From Candidatus Nanopelagicales bacterium (GTDB lineage: Bacteria; Actinomycetota; Actinomycetes; S36-B12; UBA5976), in contig JAGYJD010000007.1 in assembly GCA_018402365.1 (NCBI GenBank), positions 1,929 to 65,928 of the forward strand: 64,000 nt of DNA. The letters run 5' to 3'. The translations under genes were made by a program, and so were the position numbers. Shown piece by piece: positions 1-10,995 of the stretch. Each line of letters begins with the position of its first letter. Positions within the stretch are counted from its first letter, which is position 1. The notes beneath the pieces are model-generated. The model saw only the letters and a program-made list of their open reading frames with translations, was not told where the DNA came from and did not search any database.

Positions 1-2084
1 CCATCTAGCTGCGTTCTCTTTTGGGATCTTTGAATCAAAACATCGTGCAGGTCTGCCAGTAGATTATTTTGCTCGTCGTATTGATTTAAAATCCACTGCC
101 CATCAGGTTGTAACTCCCAGGCTTTGATTTTTTGCGAGAGACCTAAATCCAGTAACTCTTGTACGTATTTAATTTGCTCCGGCTCGGTCAATTGCACCAA
201 AGACTCGACTCTGCGGTCTAAATTTCTATGCATCAAATCAGCGCTACCAATCCAAATCTCAGTATCACCAGCATTACTAAATTCAAAAATTCTTGAATGT
301 TCTAAAAATCTGCCTAAAATACTTCTAACGCTGATGTTTTCACTCAATTGGGCCACTTTCGGTTTGAGTGCACACATTCCACGTACCCATAAATCAACTT
401 TTACCCCAGCATTGGAAGCATGATAAAGCGCATCAATAGTTGCTTCATCTACCAATGAATTACATTTGAATCGAATCTGGGCGGGTAATCCTATTTTTTG
501 ATTTTGAATTTCTCTTTCTATTCGTTCAATTAATCCTTTGCGAATACCTTGCGGAGCCACCAACAAACGGTCGTAATCTTCGTTAGCGCTATAACCCGAG
601 AGTAGATTAAATAGGTAAGCAACATCATCAGCGATTTGAGGATCGTCAGTCAAAAGGCCAAGATCCTCATACCCACGAGCAGTTTTTGGGTGATAGTTAC
701 CAGTGCCAATGTGGCAGTAGCGACGAATTCCTTCTGCTTCTTGCCTAATAATTAAAGATAATTTGGCGTGAGTTTTTAAGCCCACTAATCCATAAACCAC
801 GTGGACGCCAGCTTCTTCAAGCTTTCTAGCCCAACGAATATTTGCTTGCTCATCAAAGCGCGCTTTGATTTCTACGATTGCTAAAACCTGTTTACCGTTT
901 TGAGCGGCTTCAACTAGCGCATCAACAATCGGCGAATCACCAGAAGTGCGATACAGCGTTTGCTTAATTGCTAGTACTTTTGGGTCGTCGGCGGCTTGCT
1001 CTAAAAATCTTTGTACCGTAGTTGAAAAAGAGTCATAAGGATGGTGCAGCAAAATATCTTTATTTCTAATTGCTTCCATAATGTCTGCGGCCGAGGATGT
1101 TTCAACATCTTGATAAATTTGAATACTTCTTGGAATAAATTTCGGATACTTCAAATCATCGCGATCTAAATCATGAATACTGCTTAAGCCTCTTAGATCT
1201 AAGGGCCAAGTTAACTTAAAGATTTCATCATCATTTACTTCAAGCTCTTCTTTTAGCAGCTCCAGTACTTTTTCATCCATAGTTTCTTCAATTTCCAGCC
1301 TTACTGCTGGGCCAAATTTTCGCCTAGATAATTCGCGCTCCATTGCATCCAGCAAATTTTCAGTATCGTCCTCTTCAACTTCTACATCCTCATTTCGAGT
1401 TACTCTGAAGGTGTGGTGTTGAGTAACCTCCATCCCAGGGAACAAAGCATCTAAGTTTGCGGCAATTACATCTTCTAGTGGCACAAAACGTTGGCCCCAG
1501 GTATTTAAAAAGCGTGGGAATGACGGTGGAACTTTTACCCGAGCAAAAAGTTCGGTATTGGTTTTGGGGTTTTTTAGCAAAATCGCCAAGTTTAAAGAAA
1601 GACCAGAGATATAAGGGAAGGGATGCGCAGGATCTACCGCTAAAGGAGTAAGGACTGGGAATATATTGTTGTTGTATAAGTCATTTAATTTTTTAATTTC
1701 ATCATCATTAAGATTATCCCAGCGACAAATTTCAATTTCATTTTGTTTTAAGAGGGGCAGTACTTCTTTATGAAATATTTCATTATGAAGATTTTGAAGA
1801 CTTCTTGCTTCTGTTAAAACAGTACTATGAACTTCACGAGGTAACATTCCACTATTTGAACGAACTGCGATACCAGCAGCAATTCTTCGCTTTAGACCAG
1901 CAACTCGTACCATAAAAAACTCATCTAGATTATTTGAAAAAATCCCTAAAAAGTGGGCTCGCTCAAGTAAGGGAATTTCTGAATCTTGGGCTAACTCTAA
2001 AACTCTTTTATTGAAAGCCAACCAAGACATTTCACGCTCTAGGTAGCGGTCTGACAATAATTCATCTTGACTAGTTAATTGCAT
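1..2084 (-). CDS. ppk1: Polyphosphate kinase 1 (3' end runs off the window)
   Basis: Not in the ORF track. Manual translation from ATG at 2084 gives [32 protein letters not shown]; [29 protein letters not shown] and HIGTGNY motifs can be read downstream. Confidence 0.95.
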   Translation of the reverse strand, partial: MQLTSQDELLSDRYLEREMSWLAFNKRVLELAQDSEIPLLERAHFLGIFSNNLDEFFMVRVAGLKRRIAAGIAVRSNSGMLPREVHSTVLTEARSLQNLHNEIFHKEVLPLLKQNEIEICRWDNLNDDEIKKLNDLYNNNIFPVLTPLAVDPAHPFPYISGLSLNLAILLKNPKTNTELFARVKVPPSFPRFLNTWGQRFVPLEDVIAANLDALFPGMEVTQHHTFRVTRNEDVEVEEDDTENLLDAMERELSRRKFGPAVRLEIEETMDEKVLELLKEELEVNDDEIFKLTWPLDLRGLSSIHDLDRDDLKYPKFIPRSIQIYQDVETSSAADIMEAIRNKDILLHHPYDSFSTTVQRFLEQAADDPKVLAIKQTLYRTSGDSPIVDALVEAAQNGKQVLAIVEIKARFDEQANIRWARKLEEAGVHVVYGLVGLKTHAKLSLIIRQEAEGIRRYCHIGTGNYHPKTARGYEDLGLLTDDPQIADDVAYLFNLLSGYSANEDYDRLLVAPQGIRKGLIERIEREIQNQKIGLPAQIRFKCNSLVDEATIDALYHASNAGVKVDLWVRGMCALKPKVAQLSENISVRSILGRFLEHSRIFEFSNAGDTEIWIGSADLMHRNLDRRVESLVQLTEPEQIKYVQELLDLGLSQKIKAWELQPDGQWILNQYDEQNNLLADLHDVLIQRSQKRTQLD

Positions 2085-2102
2085 GGCTCAAGGATGTCAG
2101 AT

Positions 2103-3023
2103 TTAGGTTAACGACTTGTAAAGAGTGTCTGAACCAGAGAGAACAAACCCTAAGTCGAGGTAAATTCGTTTGGCGCTTTCGTTGCTAGCGTCCACATAGA
2201 GCATTGCCTCAGCCAATTTTTGACCTCGTAAATGATGTAGGCCCCACAGGGTTAATTGTCTACCTAGACCCTGACCGCGAAACTCGGGTAATACCGCCAG
2301 CACATAAATCTCACCAAGTGGCTGGTGGACGTGGTGGTGATGTCCATGAATTTTGGTCCAGCAAAAAGCAACTGGTTGGTTGGTTTGGGTTCTAATTATT
2401 AACAAACCTTTAGGGTTAAACCACTCTTCATTTAGGCGTAAAGATAAATCGTCTTCATTCCAACTCGCTTGATCAGGTAAATTTACAAAAGATTTTTTAT
2501 TAATTTCAAGAATTACTTCGTTATCTTGTGGGCCTTGATAAGTTGCAAATAAAAATTCTGACGGTGTCGAGAAATCTGCAAGTGGCTCGAGTAATGAGCG
2601 GCAAAGTTGAACAATCTCTCGAGCTGGATGGTAGTTGAGTTTTTTAGCAAAATCTTGAGCAGATTTGATATTTCCATGCGCCCAAAGTCTGAGTGGTTTA
2701 CCCGCTGAATCATTTTCAATTTTTTGTAAAATTAATTTAGCGATACCTTGGTTTCTAAAATCAGGTGTCACTACTAATTCAGCACTGGGGCCTGCCACCA
2801 AATCTGTTTGATCTAAATGCCCATAGCCAACAATTTGCTCATCAATTAATGCCAAGACATGTGTGATTGGTTTATCTCCACCGTGCTTCAGGTGTAATTC
2901 GACATGTTCACTCAGCGGCTTGACGTCATCAACTAAAAAAGAATCTTCTATAATTTTAAAAACTTGATCTTGTTGTTTTGCAGTAAGCGAGTCTACTGTG
3001 GAAATTTCCACCTTTACCTTCAT
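2103..3023 (-). CDS. mshD: Mycothiol synthase (tandem GNAT)
   Basis: Two GNAT domains; [20 protein letters not shown] and LYVDASN motifs; next to ppk1 and glnR. Confidence 0.93.
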   Translation of the reverse strand: MKVKVEISTVDSLTAKQQDQVFKIIEDSFLVDDVKPLSEHVELHLKHGGDKPITHVLALIDEQIVGYGHLDQTDLVAGPSAELVVTPDFRNQGIAKLILQKIENDSAGKPLRLWAHGNIKSAQDFAKKLNYHPAREIVQLCRSLLEPLADFSTPSEFLFATYQGPQDNEVILEINKKSFVNLPDQASWNEDDLSLRLNEEWFNPKGLLIIRTQTNQPVAFCWTKIHGHHHHVHQPLGEIYVLAVLPEFRGQGLGRQLTLWGLHHLRGQKLAEAMLYVDASNESAKRIYLDLGFVLSGSDTLYKSLT

Positions 3024-3730
3024 GCCTTGACCTGATTATTCACTTTCGTTTCGGAGTCATTTTTGTTTTGAACAAATCTGTAACCAACATTTCGAATAGT
3101 TCCAATTAGGTTTTCATACTCGGTACCTAATTTGGCTCTTAGCCTTCTTACGTGAACGTCTACCGTTCTGGTGCCACCGTAATAATCAAATCCCCAGACC
3201 TCTTGTAAGAGTTGGGCCCGACTAAAGACGCGACCTGGGTGCTGAGCAAGAAAACGAAGTAATTCAAATTCTTTAAAAGTTAAATCTACAATTTCACCAC
3301 GAAGCCTTACCGTATAAGAAGCTTCGTCAATTACTAAATCTCCACGTTGAATTTCTTCAGAGTCAGCCATTGTTTCACCTTGCAATTTTCCAACCACTAG
3401 GCGAATTCGGGCATCTACCTCTGCGGGACCAGCTAAATCCAAGATCACGTCATCAATTCCCCAGTCATGATTAAGAGCAATTAATCCGCCTTCAGTAGTA
3501 ATCAAGATCAGACCACAAGTTAAACCAGTTGAGTGCAACAAACGGCACAAGGATTTTGCTGCCGGCAAATCCCGTCTGGCGTCGATCATCACTACATCAC
3601 AAGTGGGGGCTTCAATTAAAGCAGTGGGGTTGGCCGGCAGGATTTTTACCGAATGATTAAGCAAGGCCAAAGCCGGAAGAATGTCGCTGGAAGCGCCCGG
3701 GGCATTTGTGATCAGAATTAAACTTGACAT
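3020..3730 (-). CDS. glnR: OmpR-family nitrogen regulator GlnR
   Basis: [13 protein letters not shown]-terminus, atypical receiver domain and wHTH with LTFKEFELL and [20 protein letters not shown]. Start moved to the ATG at 3730. Confidence 0.88.
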   Translation of the reverse strand: MSSLILITNAPGASSDILPALALLNHSVKILPANPTALIEAPTCDVVMIDARRDLPAAKSLCRLLHSTGLTCGLILITTEGGLIALNHDWGIDDVILDLAGPAEVDARIRLVVGKLQGETMADSEEIQRGDLVIDEASYTVRLRGEIVDLTFKEFELLRFLAQHPGRVFSRAQLLQEVWGFDYYGGTRTVDVHVRRLRAKLGTEYENLIGTIRNVGYRFVQNKNDSETKVNNQVKA

Positions 3731-3807
3731 CACACCCCTTACGGCTAAATATAAAGAATATCTCATCAAAGAAGCCTGCAGGCTAACGGTTAAGTAAAGT
3801 TGGGCAA

Positions 3808-4435
3808 ATGAGAGATTTTGCTGAACAAAAATTTCTACCGTCGCAACTGCCTGCCGAGATCCTAAAACTTTCATGGTTATTAGGTAACTGGGAAGGCAGT
3901 GGGCAAATCTCTTACCCAGGTGAAGAAGATCTTAATTTCGTGCAACAGTTGAGGTTTGAAACTGACGGCTCAAACAGTATTAAAGTTTATAGTAATTTTT
4001 GGAAGCTAGAGACAGACTTTTCAGTTAAAAATAAAATTCAAAGTGAACTGGGTTTTTGGAAACTCAATCAAGATGAAAAAATCGAAGTTGCACTCTCACA
4101 AAGTTCGGGCAGTAGTGAAATTTGGACCGGGGTAGTTGAGGTTTTGCAAATTGTCGATGCACAAATAACTCCTGCCCGCGCCTGCATTGTTACCGATTTA
4201 TCGGCAGCTGGTGTTCCTTCTGCTACTGGAATTAAAACAAGGGGATCGGCTTTATGCCTTACTAAATAATGAATTGCTTTGGACTTACGATAAAAGCACA
4301 CTTGAAACACCATTAAGAAATTACTTGTGGGCACGTCTCTCGCCTATCACCTATAGTCAATATCAAGAAAGCCAACAGACTCAAAAACCCGCTCGAAATT
4401 ACGAAGCACCGACACCTCCAGGGCAGGAAGCGTGA
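3808..4435 (+). CDS. FABP/nitrobindin-like (DUF1794) protein with an apparent +1 frameshift near 4234-4237
   Basis: [12 protein letters not shown] and SELGFW in one frame, [15 protein letters not shown]...YLWARL in the other. Removing one A from AAAA at 4234-4237 joins the two frames. Confidence 0.8.
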
Positions 4436-4890
4436 ATCAAAAAACAGAAGCTTGGGACCGCCGACTTAGGTCAGCCGGTTTCCGCATAACTCCACAAAGA
4501 CAATTGGTTTTAGAGGCAGTCACCACACTTCGTCACTCAACGCCAGAAGATATTTTGCTAGAAGTTCAACAAACCGCTAGCGGAGTTAATTTGTCTACTG
4601 TTTATAGAACTTTAGAAGTTTTAGAACAAGTTGGCTTAGTAACTCATGCTCATATTGATCACGGATCACCCACTTACCATGTGGTTGAAGAGGCCCCACA
4701 CATTCACTTAGTTTGCTCAAGGTGTCAAGCAGTTGAATCAGTTGAAAGTGATGACTTTGAAAAATTTAGCTCTAAGTTGGAATCACAAAAAGGGTTTGTG
4801 GTAAATATCGCCCACGTAGCTTTGCATGGTTTATGTAAAAACTGTGCAGATGGCAGGACACTAATAATTGATAATGAATTTGATATCTAA
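4432..4890 (+). CDS. nur: Fur-family metalloregulator, Nur (nickel uptake regulator) type
   Basis: RITPQRQLVLEAV, STVYRTLE, THAHIDHGSPTYH, HIHLVCxxC and CxxC closely follow Streptomyces Nur as recalled; same FABP-nur-ygfZ gene order. Confidence 0.8.
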   Translation: MNQKTEAWDRRLRSAGFRITPQRQLVLEAVTTLRHSTPEDILLEVQQTASGVNLSTVYRTLEVLEQVGLVTHAHIDHGSPTYHVVEEAPHIHLVCSRCQAVESVESDDFEKFSSKLESQKGFVVNIAHVALHGLCKNCADGRTLIIDNEFDI

Positions 4891-5941
4891 TAGCCCAAGT
4901 TTTGTAAAACCAGGTGCAATTGCTCCACCAGAAAATTCCTTGGACCAAGGAGTGCCTTGGCATTACGGCGACCCTTTACGAGAACAATTAAATCTAATTG
5001 AGAAAAGGGGATTAGTCGACCTTTCACATCTTTCAGTGCTTCAAATTACGGGTGAAGATAGAGCTACTTTTTTACATTCGCTCACTTCAGCTCATTTTTT
5101 AAGAGCTAAAGAAAAAGACTCTTTTATTACGCTAATTCTCTCTCCGCATGGGCATATTGAACATTTATTAAAAGTGATAATTGACAAAGAAAAAATCTGG
5201 TTGATCGTAGAACCAAGCGCTAAAGAGCTAATTATTAAATACCTAAACTCAATGATTTTTATGTCAAAAATTGAAATCTTTGATGTTTCAAAAGAGTATG
5301 CAGTTTTATTTGATGGAAAACACGAAGTCCACCAAGATTTACCAACTTGGTTAACTCCAGACAATTTTGCCAATAAACCAATTGTTGATGCAGGATTTAG
5401 CGCGGGTGGAGATCCCAATAAATATATAAAAACCCGTCCGGCAATATATGAAGGTCGCGAGTATCTCGTTAAAAGGAATGAACTAGATCTTTATCTTGAT
5501 CAAGCAGATGAGTTAGTGGGCACTTGGGCACTTGAAGCAATTCGAGTGGCAGCAGGCGTGGTACGTGAAGGTCTTGATTTTGATCACAAAACTTTGCCGC
5601 ATGAGGTTGGGCTAATCGGTAATGCGGTTCATTTAGAAAAAGGTTGTTATCGCGGCCAAGAAACGGTAGCAAGAGTTCACAACTTAGGTAGACCACCTAG
5701 AAAATTAGCCTTACTTCACCTTGATGGATTTGCTGAACGCTTACCTAAAGTGGGGAGTGCAGTGAATTTGGCAGAACTACCAATCGGAATATCGGGGTCA
5801 GCGGTAAGACACTATGAATTTGGACCAATCGCGCTAGCTTTGGTAAAAAGTAAGATAAGTGAGGGAGCTGAAATAGAAGTAGACTCTATTGCGGGTAGTT
5901 TGCAAGAGTTAATTTCGCTAGTGAGAGACATAAAGGAGTAG
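4874..5941 (+). CDS. ygfZ: Folate-binding Fe-S repair/tRNA-modifying protein YgfZ
   Basis: KGCYRGQE signature; GcvT-like N-terminus. Confidence 0.92.
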   Translation: MNLISNSPSFVKPGAIAPPENSLDQGVPWHYGDPLREQLNLIEKRGLVDLSHLSVLQITGEDRATFLHSLTSAHFLRAKEKDSFITLILSPHGHIEHLLKVIIDKEKIWLIVEPSAKELIIKYLNSMIFMSKIEIFDVSKEYAVLFDGKHEVHQDLPTWLTPDNFANKPIVDAGFSAGGDPNKYIKTRPAIYEGREYLVKRNELDLYLDQADELVGTWALEAIRVAAGVVREGLDFDHKTLPHEVGLIGNAVHLEKGCYRGQETVARVHNLGRPPRKLALLHLDGFAERLPKVGSAVNLAELPIGISGSAVRHYEFGPIALALVKSKISEGAEIEVDSIAGSLQELISLVRDIKE

Positions 5942-5943
5942 TT

Positions 5944-6237
5944 TTGGGATTTCCAGCCACCGTTGCCTCGATAAATATTATTTTGGGTTATTTATTTGCT
6001 GGCGTAAAAATCTGGGCTTTAGTTGATTCAGCCTCGCATTCAAAAGCCGCTTATGAGTTTATTGGCAAAATGAACAAAATCTTTTGGCTCTCCTTTTTAG
6101 GTTTAGCAGTATTAATTCAGTTCGCTTCAGTGAGCTTAGGCTGGTCGCCTACGGGTCTATTGAATTTAGTTGGCCTTATTTTGGCTATAATTTATTTAGT
6201 CGATATGCGCCCACGGCTTAAAGATCTTAAAGAGTAA
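5944..6237 (+). CDS. DUF2516 family membrane protein
   Basis: AY..IGKMNKIFWL and IIYLVDMRPRL motifs; three hydrophobic segments. Confidence 0.75.
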   Translation: MGFPATVASINIILGYLFAGVKIWALVDSASHSKAAYEFIGKMNKIFWLSFLGLAVLIQFASVSLGWSPTGLLNLVGLILAIIYLVDMRPRLKDLKE

Positions 6238-6993
6238 TTACTTTTTACCTTGATTGGCGACTTTTTCAATTGCGGCTTTAGCTGCGACTGGGTCTAAATA
6301 AGTTCCCCCTGGATTGAGGGGTTTGAAGTTTTCATCAAGGCGATAGTGCAACGGAATCCCTGTAGGTAAGTTTAAATTCGCAATATCAGAATCTGAAATA
6401 CCATCTAAATGCTTAATTAGTGCTCTCAGTGAGTTACCGTGCGCAATAATCAAAACCTGCTTTCCCTCACGGAGCTGTGGCACAACATTGTCGTACCAAT
6501 AAGGAAGCATTCTGGCAATTACATCTTTTAAGCATTCCGTTAGTGGAATTGCTTCTGGCGGCAGCTGTTGGTAACGGGCGTCAGCATTTTGGGCAAATTC
6601 ATTTTTAGGATCAATCTCTGGCGGAGGTACTTCAAATGAACGACGCCAGAGCATAAATTGTTCTTCACCATATTTTTCTAATGTTTCACTTTTATTTAGC
6701 CCTTGCAAGGCACCGTAGTGTCTTTCATTAAGGCGCCAACTGCGCTCTACTGGGAGCCACATTAAATCCGCACTTTCTAGGGCAAGTTGTGCGGTTCTAA
6801 TTGCCCGCTTTAGTACCGAAGTATGAAGCACATCTGGCTTTAGGCCCGACTCTTTTATTAGGGTGCCAGCGCGCTTAGCTTCTTGCACACCTTGTTCAGT
6901 TAGATCTACATCAACCCAACCGGTAAAAAGATTTTTTTCGTTCCATTCACTTTCACCATGTCGAACTAATATCAAATCATAAGTTTGCTTCAT
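6238..6993 (-). CDS. gpmA: 2,3-bisphosphoglycerate-dependent phosphoglycerate mutase
   Basis: [21 protein letters not shown] and AHGNSLR motifs. Confidence 0.97.
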   Translation of the reverse strand: MKQTYDLILVRHGESEWNEKNLFTGWVDVDLTEQGVQEAKRAGTLIKESGLKPDVLHTSVLKRAIRTAQLALESADLMWLPVERSWRLNERHYGALQGLNKSETLEKYGEEQFMLWRRSFEVPPPEIDPKNEFAQNADARYQQLPPEAIPLTECLKDVIARMLPYWYDNVVPQLREGKQVLIIAHGNSLRALIKHLDGISDSDIANLNLPTGIPLHYRLDENFKPLNPGGTYLDPVAAKAAIEKVANQGKK

Positions 6994-7008
6994 TATTTTT
7001 ATTTTGCC

Positions 7009-8292
7009 TTATACCGCAGTAATTCTTACTGGCGCTTGGGATGGATTCTCTAAAGCGGTTTGATACACCGAAAGCAGATTTTCAACGGTGCTGTCCCATG
7101 AGAACTTTTTAGCTTGCTTCACAGCCCCTTGCGATAATTTACTGCGCAAAGTTGGATTATTCATTAACTCGCTAATTTGCCGAGCCCAATTTTGTGGATC
7201 ATGGTTCTCAATTAAAAGCCCACTCTCTTGATGAGCTACCACTGTTTTTAATCCACCAACACTGGCTGCAACTACCGGTACCCCTGCTGCTTGTGCTTCA
7301 ACTGCAACTAATCCAAACGATTCTGAATAGGAGGGGACAACAACTAAGTCTGAAGCTTGGTAAATCTTTGCTAGGTTTTGACGACTTACTGGCGTAAGAA
7401 ATTTAGTGATATTTTCTAAACCCAAAGATTTTGCAAGATCCATTAGTTGAGTTGGTTTATCAAACCCACTACCTGAGAGCCCACCACAAATTACAATTTG
7501 TAATTTATCCTTTAGGGCAGGATTCATTTTTAATAGTTCTGCGCCAACTAACAGTAATAGATCCGGTGCCTTGAGGGGTTGCACTCTTCCAACAAAAGTC
7601 AAAACAAAAGCATCGGGTTTGATATCAAAGTAACTTCTAGCCTCTACTTGCTCGGCTGGGTAAAAAGTATTTAAATCAACTCCAGGATGCACTACTGAAA
7701 CTTGTTGGGCACTAGCCCCATAAAGATTAATAAGTTCATTTGCTTCTTCTTGAGTATTCGCTACTAGTTGATCTGCCGCTTTGACAACCTGCTGTTCACC
7801 AATTTCACGCTCTTTTGGTTCTGGTAGATCGCCTGCTGCCAAATTTAAATTTTTAACTCTTGCCATGGTGTGCATGGTGTGAACTAAAGGAACGTTCCAT
7901 CTTTCTGAAGCCACCCAACCAACTTGCCCACTCAACCAGTAATGCGAATGAATTAAGTCGTACCAACCTTCAGGCTTAAAAGCTTCTTCTCTTAAAATCC
8001 CAGCTGTCAAAGCACAAAGTTGTGCCGGCAAAGAATTTTTATCTAAACCTTCAAAAGGACCAGCATTAATATGTTTTACATTTACTCCAGGAAACAATTC
8101 AACTTTGTTTGCCGGAGTGCTGGCAGTTCGCCGTGTAAAAATATCTACTTGGGTTCCGCGTTCTGCTAAACGCTTTGCTGTTTCAACAACATAAACATTC
8201 AATCCACCTGCATCGCCAGTACCGGGCTGATCTAAGGGGGAAGTATGCACTGACAGCACTGCAATGCGCTTGGCTTTTTGCTTGTTGACCAT
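7009..8292 (-). CDS. mshA: D-inositol-3-phosphate glycosyltransferase
   Basis: SVHTSPLDQPGTGDAGGLNVY, HSHYWLSG and ESFGLVAVEAQA motifs. Confidence 0.96.
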   Translation of the reverse strand: MVNKQKAKRIAVLSVHTSPLDQPGTGDAGGLNVYVVETAKRLAERGTQVDIFTRRTASTPANKVELFPGVNVKHINAGPFEGLDKNSLPAQLCALTAGILREEAFKPEGWYDLIHSHYWLSGQVGWVASERWNVPLVHTMHTMARVKNLNLAAGDLPEPKEREIGEQQVVKAADQLVANTQEEANELINLYGASAQQVSVVHPGVDLNTFYPAEQVEARSYFDIKPDAFVLTFVGRVQPLKAPDLLLLVGAELLKMNPALKDKLQIVICGGLSGSGFDKPTQLMDLAKSLGLENITKFLTPVSRQNLAKIYQASDLVVVPSYSESFGLVAVEAQAAGVPVVAASVGGLKTVVAHQESGLLIENHDPQNWARQISELMNNPTLRSKLSQGAVKQAKKFSWDSTVENLLSVYQTALENPSQAPVRITAV

Positions 8293-8341
8293 GTAGGTAA
8301 TAGTTTACCCAAAGGGCAATTGATTCACCAAAGTTCTTTGT

Positions 8342-9001
8342 TTAGTGCATTACGGTGTCAAGATAGGGCTCTCCGGTGACGACATGAATCACGCGTCGAG
8401 CGATGCTCACCGCATGATCACCAAAGCGTTCGTAATATCGCGAAAGTAAGGTCACATCTACTGCAGCTTCAACTCCGTGATTCCAATCAACTGAAAGCAC
8501 AATTCTAAATAGTTCACGGTGAATTTCATCTAACTTATCATCGCTATTTTCTATCTCTCTGGCGACAGATAATTCATGTGTTGCTAAAACTTTATGAGTT
8601 TGTTCCACAATTTTTTCGGCGTAGTGCCCCATTGATCTAAATGTGTCTACTAATTCTTCTGGAATTGCTTTTGAGGGATAGCGCAGTCTTGCAGCTTTGG
8701 CGATATGAACTGCTAAGTCACCCATTCGCTCAAGGGAGGTAGCCATTTTTAAGGCCCCAAGGACAGTGCGCAAATCAGAAGCAACTGGATTTTGTAAAGC
8801 CGTGACCAAGATGCACTTTTCTTCTAGCGCTGATGTGAGGTCATTAATTAATACATCAGACTCAATCACTTTTTCAGCGATTTCTCGGTCTGCAAATAAG
8901 AGTGATTCAGTAGCTTGGGTAACAGATTTTAAAACCAAATTGGTAATGTGCTGTAGCTCGTTACTGATTTCTTTTAAGTCTTCTTCGAAACTGTTTCTCA
9001 T
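8342..9001 (-). CDS. phoU: Phosphate signalling protein PhoU
   Basis: PVASDLR, LERMGD and RYYERFGDHAV motifs; divergent from senX3. Confidence 0.95.
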   Translation of the reverse strand: MRNSFEEDLKEISNELQHITNLVLKSVTQATESLLFADREIAEKVIESDVLINDLTSALEEKCILVTALQNPVASDLRTVLGALKMATSLERMGDLAVHIAKAARLRYPSKAIPEELVDTFRSMGHYAEKIVEQTHKVLATHELSVAREIENSDDKLDEIHRELFRIVLSVDWNHGVEAAVDVTLLSRYYERFGDHAVSIARRVIHVVTGEPYLDTVMH

Positions 9002-9073
9002 CTTTACCCCTTCTATTTAAGATAATACGCTGATTGGGCAAAAAAGTCAGGATGCTGAATTGGAAAGTTACGA

Positions 9074-9107
9074 ATTTCGATGAATATTTGATGAACGGAC
9101 AGTTAAA
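9074..9107 (-). promoter_or_regulatory. PHO-box-like 11-bp direct repeats between phoU and senX3
   Basis: The minus strand reads TTTAACTGTCC GTTCATCAAAT ATTCATCGAAA: three units at 11-bp spacing resembling the actinobacterial GTTCA direct-repeat unit. Confidence 0.65.
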
Positions 9108-9166
9108 GATAACCATTAGGCAGGAGCAAAAGGTAAATCAAGAGGGCAACCGCTTATTCTGTGAAT

Positions 9167-10309
9167 ATGGAAGTTTGGTTATGGTTCGCCGTTGGGATAG
9201 TAGCCGGTACAGGACTTGGGTACTGGTGGTTTGTTGGCTCAAAAACTCAACCGCAACCCGCCACAGCAGAAGAAGTTCCTGATAAAAGTTTAGATCAGTT
9301 AATTCAAAGTTTGCCAGGTGTAGTCATAAAAATTGATGAAAATTATCAAGTTTTGTTTGCCTCAGATTTAGCAAGAAATCTCGGGCTAGTACTCGAAAAT
9401 CGAATAAAAGTAGCGCAATTAATTGATGCAGCAAAAAATTGTCGATTGGATCAACAGAGTAAAAATTTACAAATCACTATTTTACAAAAATTAGGAAAGT
9501 CACAGACTACTTTAGAAGTTTGCATCATTCCGATAAATCCAAAACACACTTTAATATTCGCGCAAGACTTGAGCTTACTTCGCCGAGTTGAAGCGGTTAG
9601 GCGAGATTTTGTTGCGAACATTAGTCATGAACTAAAAACTCCCGTTGGGGCGCTCTCGTTATTAGCAGAGGCGATTGCCAGTGCAGAAGATGATGTTGAA
9701 TCGATAAAGAAATTTGCCGGCAGAATAAATATTGAAACTGAGCGCTTAGCGAATGTTATTCGCGACATCATTGACCTGTCACAAGTGCAAGCGGATGAGC
9801 CTTTGGCAAAATCACAAAAAATAGAAGTTGACAGAATGATCTTAGAAGTACTTGATTCGGTAAACATCGCAGCTGAAATAAAAAAGATTACCGTGGTACA
9901 TGTTAAATCCAACCAACTTTTTGTGGTAGGAGTTGAAAAACAGATAATTGCTGCGATAAGAAATCTTTTGGTAAATGCTATTAATTACTCCCCAGAAAAA
10001 TCTCAAATCACAATTGGGACAACTCGCAAGACTGGGGTAGTAGAGATCACTGTGACAGATCAAGGCATTGGAATTCCCATAGCGGATCAATCAAGAGTTT
10101 TTGAGAGATTTTTTCGAGTGGATCAAGCTCGCTCTCGCGATACCGGTGGCAGTGGCCTAGGGCTTTCAATTGTTAAACATGTTTGTGAAAATCATGGCGG
10201 AGAAGTTTCTTTATGGTCGGTTCCAGGTGAAGGCTCTACTTTTACCATGCGGTTTCCAGATCGAGTAAGCAGTGAAGAGGCAGCAGAAAAAGTGAAAGAA
10301 GTTTTATGA
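9167..10309 (+). CDS. senX3: Phosphate-regulon sensor histidine kinase (SenX3/PhoR type)
   Basis: RRDFVANISHELKTPVGA H-box plus N/G1/F/G2 boxes; N-terminal TM segment. Confidence 0.9.
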   Translation: MEVWLWFAVGIVAGTGLGYWWFVGSKTQPQPATAEEVPDKSLDQLIQSLPGVVIKIDENYQVLFASDLARNLGLVLENRIKVAQLIDAAKNCRLDQQSKNLQITILQKLGKSQTTLEVCIIPINPKHTLIFAQDLSLLRRVEAVRRDFVANISHELKTPVGALSLLAEAIASAEDDVESIKKFAGRINIETERLANVIRDIIDLSQVQADEPLAKSQKIEVDRMILEVLDSVNIAAEIKKITVVHVKSNQLFVVGVEKQIIAAIRNLLVNAINYSPEKSQITIGTTRKTGVVEITVTDQGIGIPIADQSRVFERFFRVDQARSRDTGGSGLGLSIVKHVCENHGGEVSLWSVPGEGSTFTMRFPDRVSSEEAAEKVKEVL

Positions 10310-10995
10310 CAAGGATTTTGGTAGTTGAAGATGAAGAATCAATTAGAGAGTCATTGGCTTTTTTATTAGTAAAAGAAGGATATGAAGTTCAAGCGATTAT
10401 TAATGGCAGTGAAGCATTTGAAGCGTTTGAAAAGTTTGATCCAGATTTAGTTTTACTTGACATTATGTTGCCAGGATTATCAGGAGTTGAAATAACTAAA
10501 AAGATTCGTCAGAAATCACAAACACCCATCATCATGCTTACCGCTAAAGACACTGAATTAGACAAGGTTTTAGGGCTAGAAATTGGTGCTGATGATTATG
10601 TAACAAAACCATTTTCGGGTAGAGAGTTGCTGGCGCGAATTAAGGCACTGTTGCGAAGAACTGGTGAAGTGATTTCGGTCGATGGTGGATTAAAGGTGGG
10701 CCCAATAGAGATTGACCAGGATCGACACCAAGTGTTGATTAGAGGTCAAGAGACTTCGATGCCATTAAAAGAGTTTGAATTACTTTTGTATCTCACCCAA
10801 AATTCTGGTCGAGTCTTAACGCGAAATCAATTAATTGATCGGATTTGGGGTAGTGATTATTTTGGCGATACTAAAACTTTAGATGTTCACATTAAGCGAT
10901 TACGGGCCCGAGTAGAAAAAGATCCTGCTAAACCAAAATACTTGCAAACTGTGCGAGGCGTTGGCTATAAGTTTGAGAATAAAGCTACAGAGTAG
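10306..10995 (+). CDS. regX3: Response regulator RegX3/PhoP type
   Basis: Receiver domain plus wHTH with MPLKEFELL and WGSDYFGDTKTLDVHIKRLR. Confidence 0.92.
   Translation: MTRILVVEDEESIRESLAFLLVKEGYEVQAIINGSEAFEAFEKFDPDLVLLDIMLPGLSGVEITKKIRQKSQTPIIMLTAKDTELDKVLGLEIGADDYVTKPFSGRELLARIKALLRRTGEVISVDGGLKVGPIEIDQDRHQVLIRGQETSMPLKEFELLLYLTQNSGRVLTRNQLIDRIWGSDYFGDTKTLDVHIKRLRARVEKDPAKPKYLQTVRGVGYKFENKATE

Noticed and set aside
2325-2350. His-rich run (HGHHHHVH) in MshD as a new metal site
   Set aside because: It lies in a variable loop that is often His/Gly-rich in MshD proteins; there is no other support.
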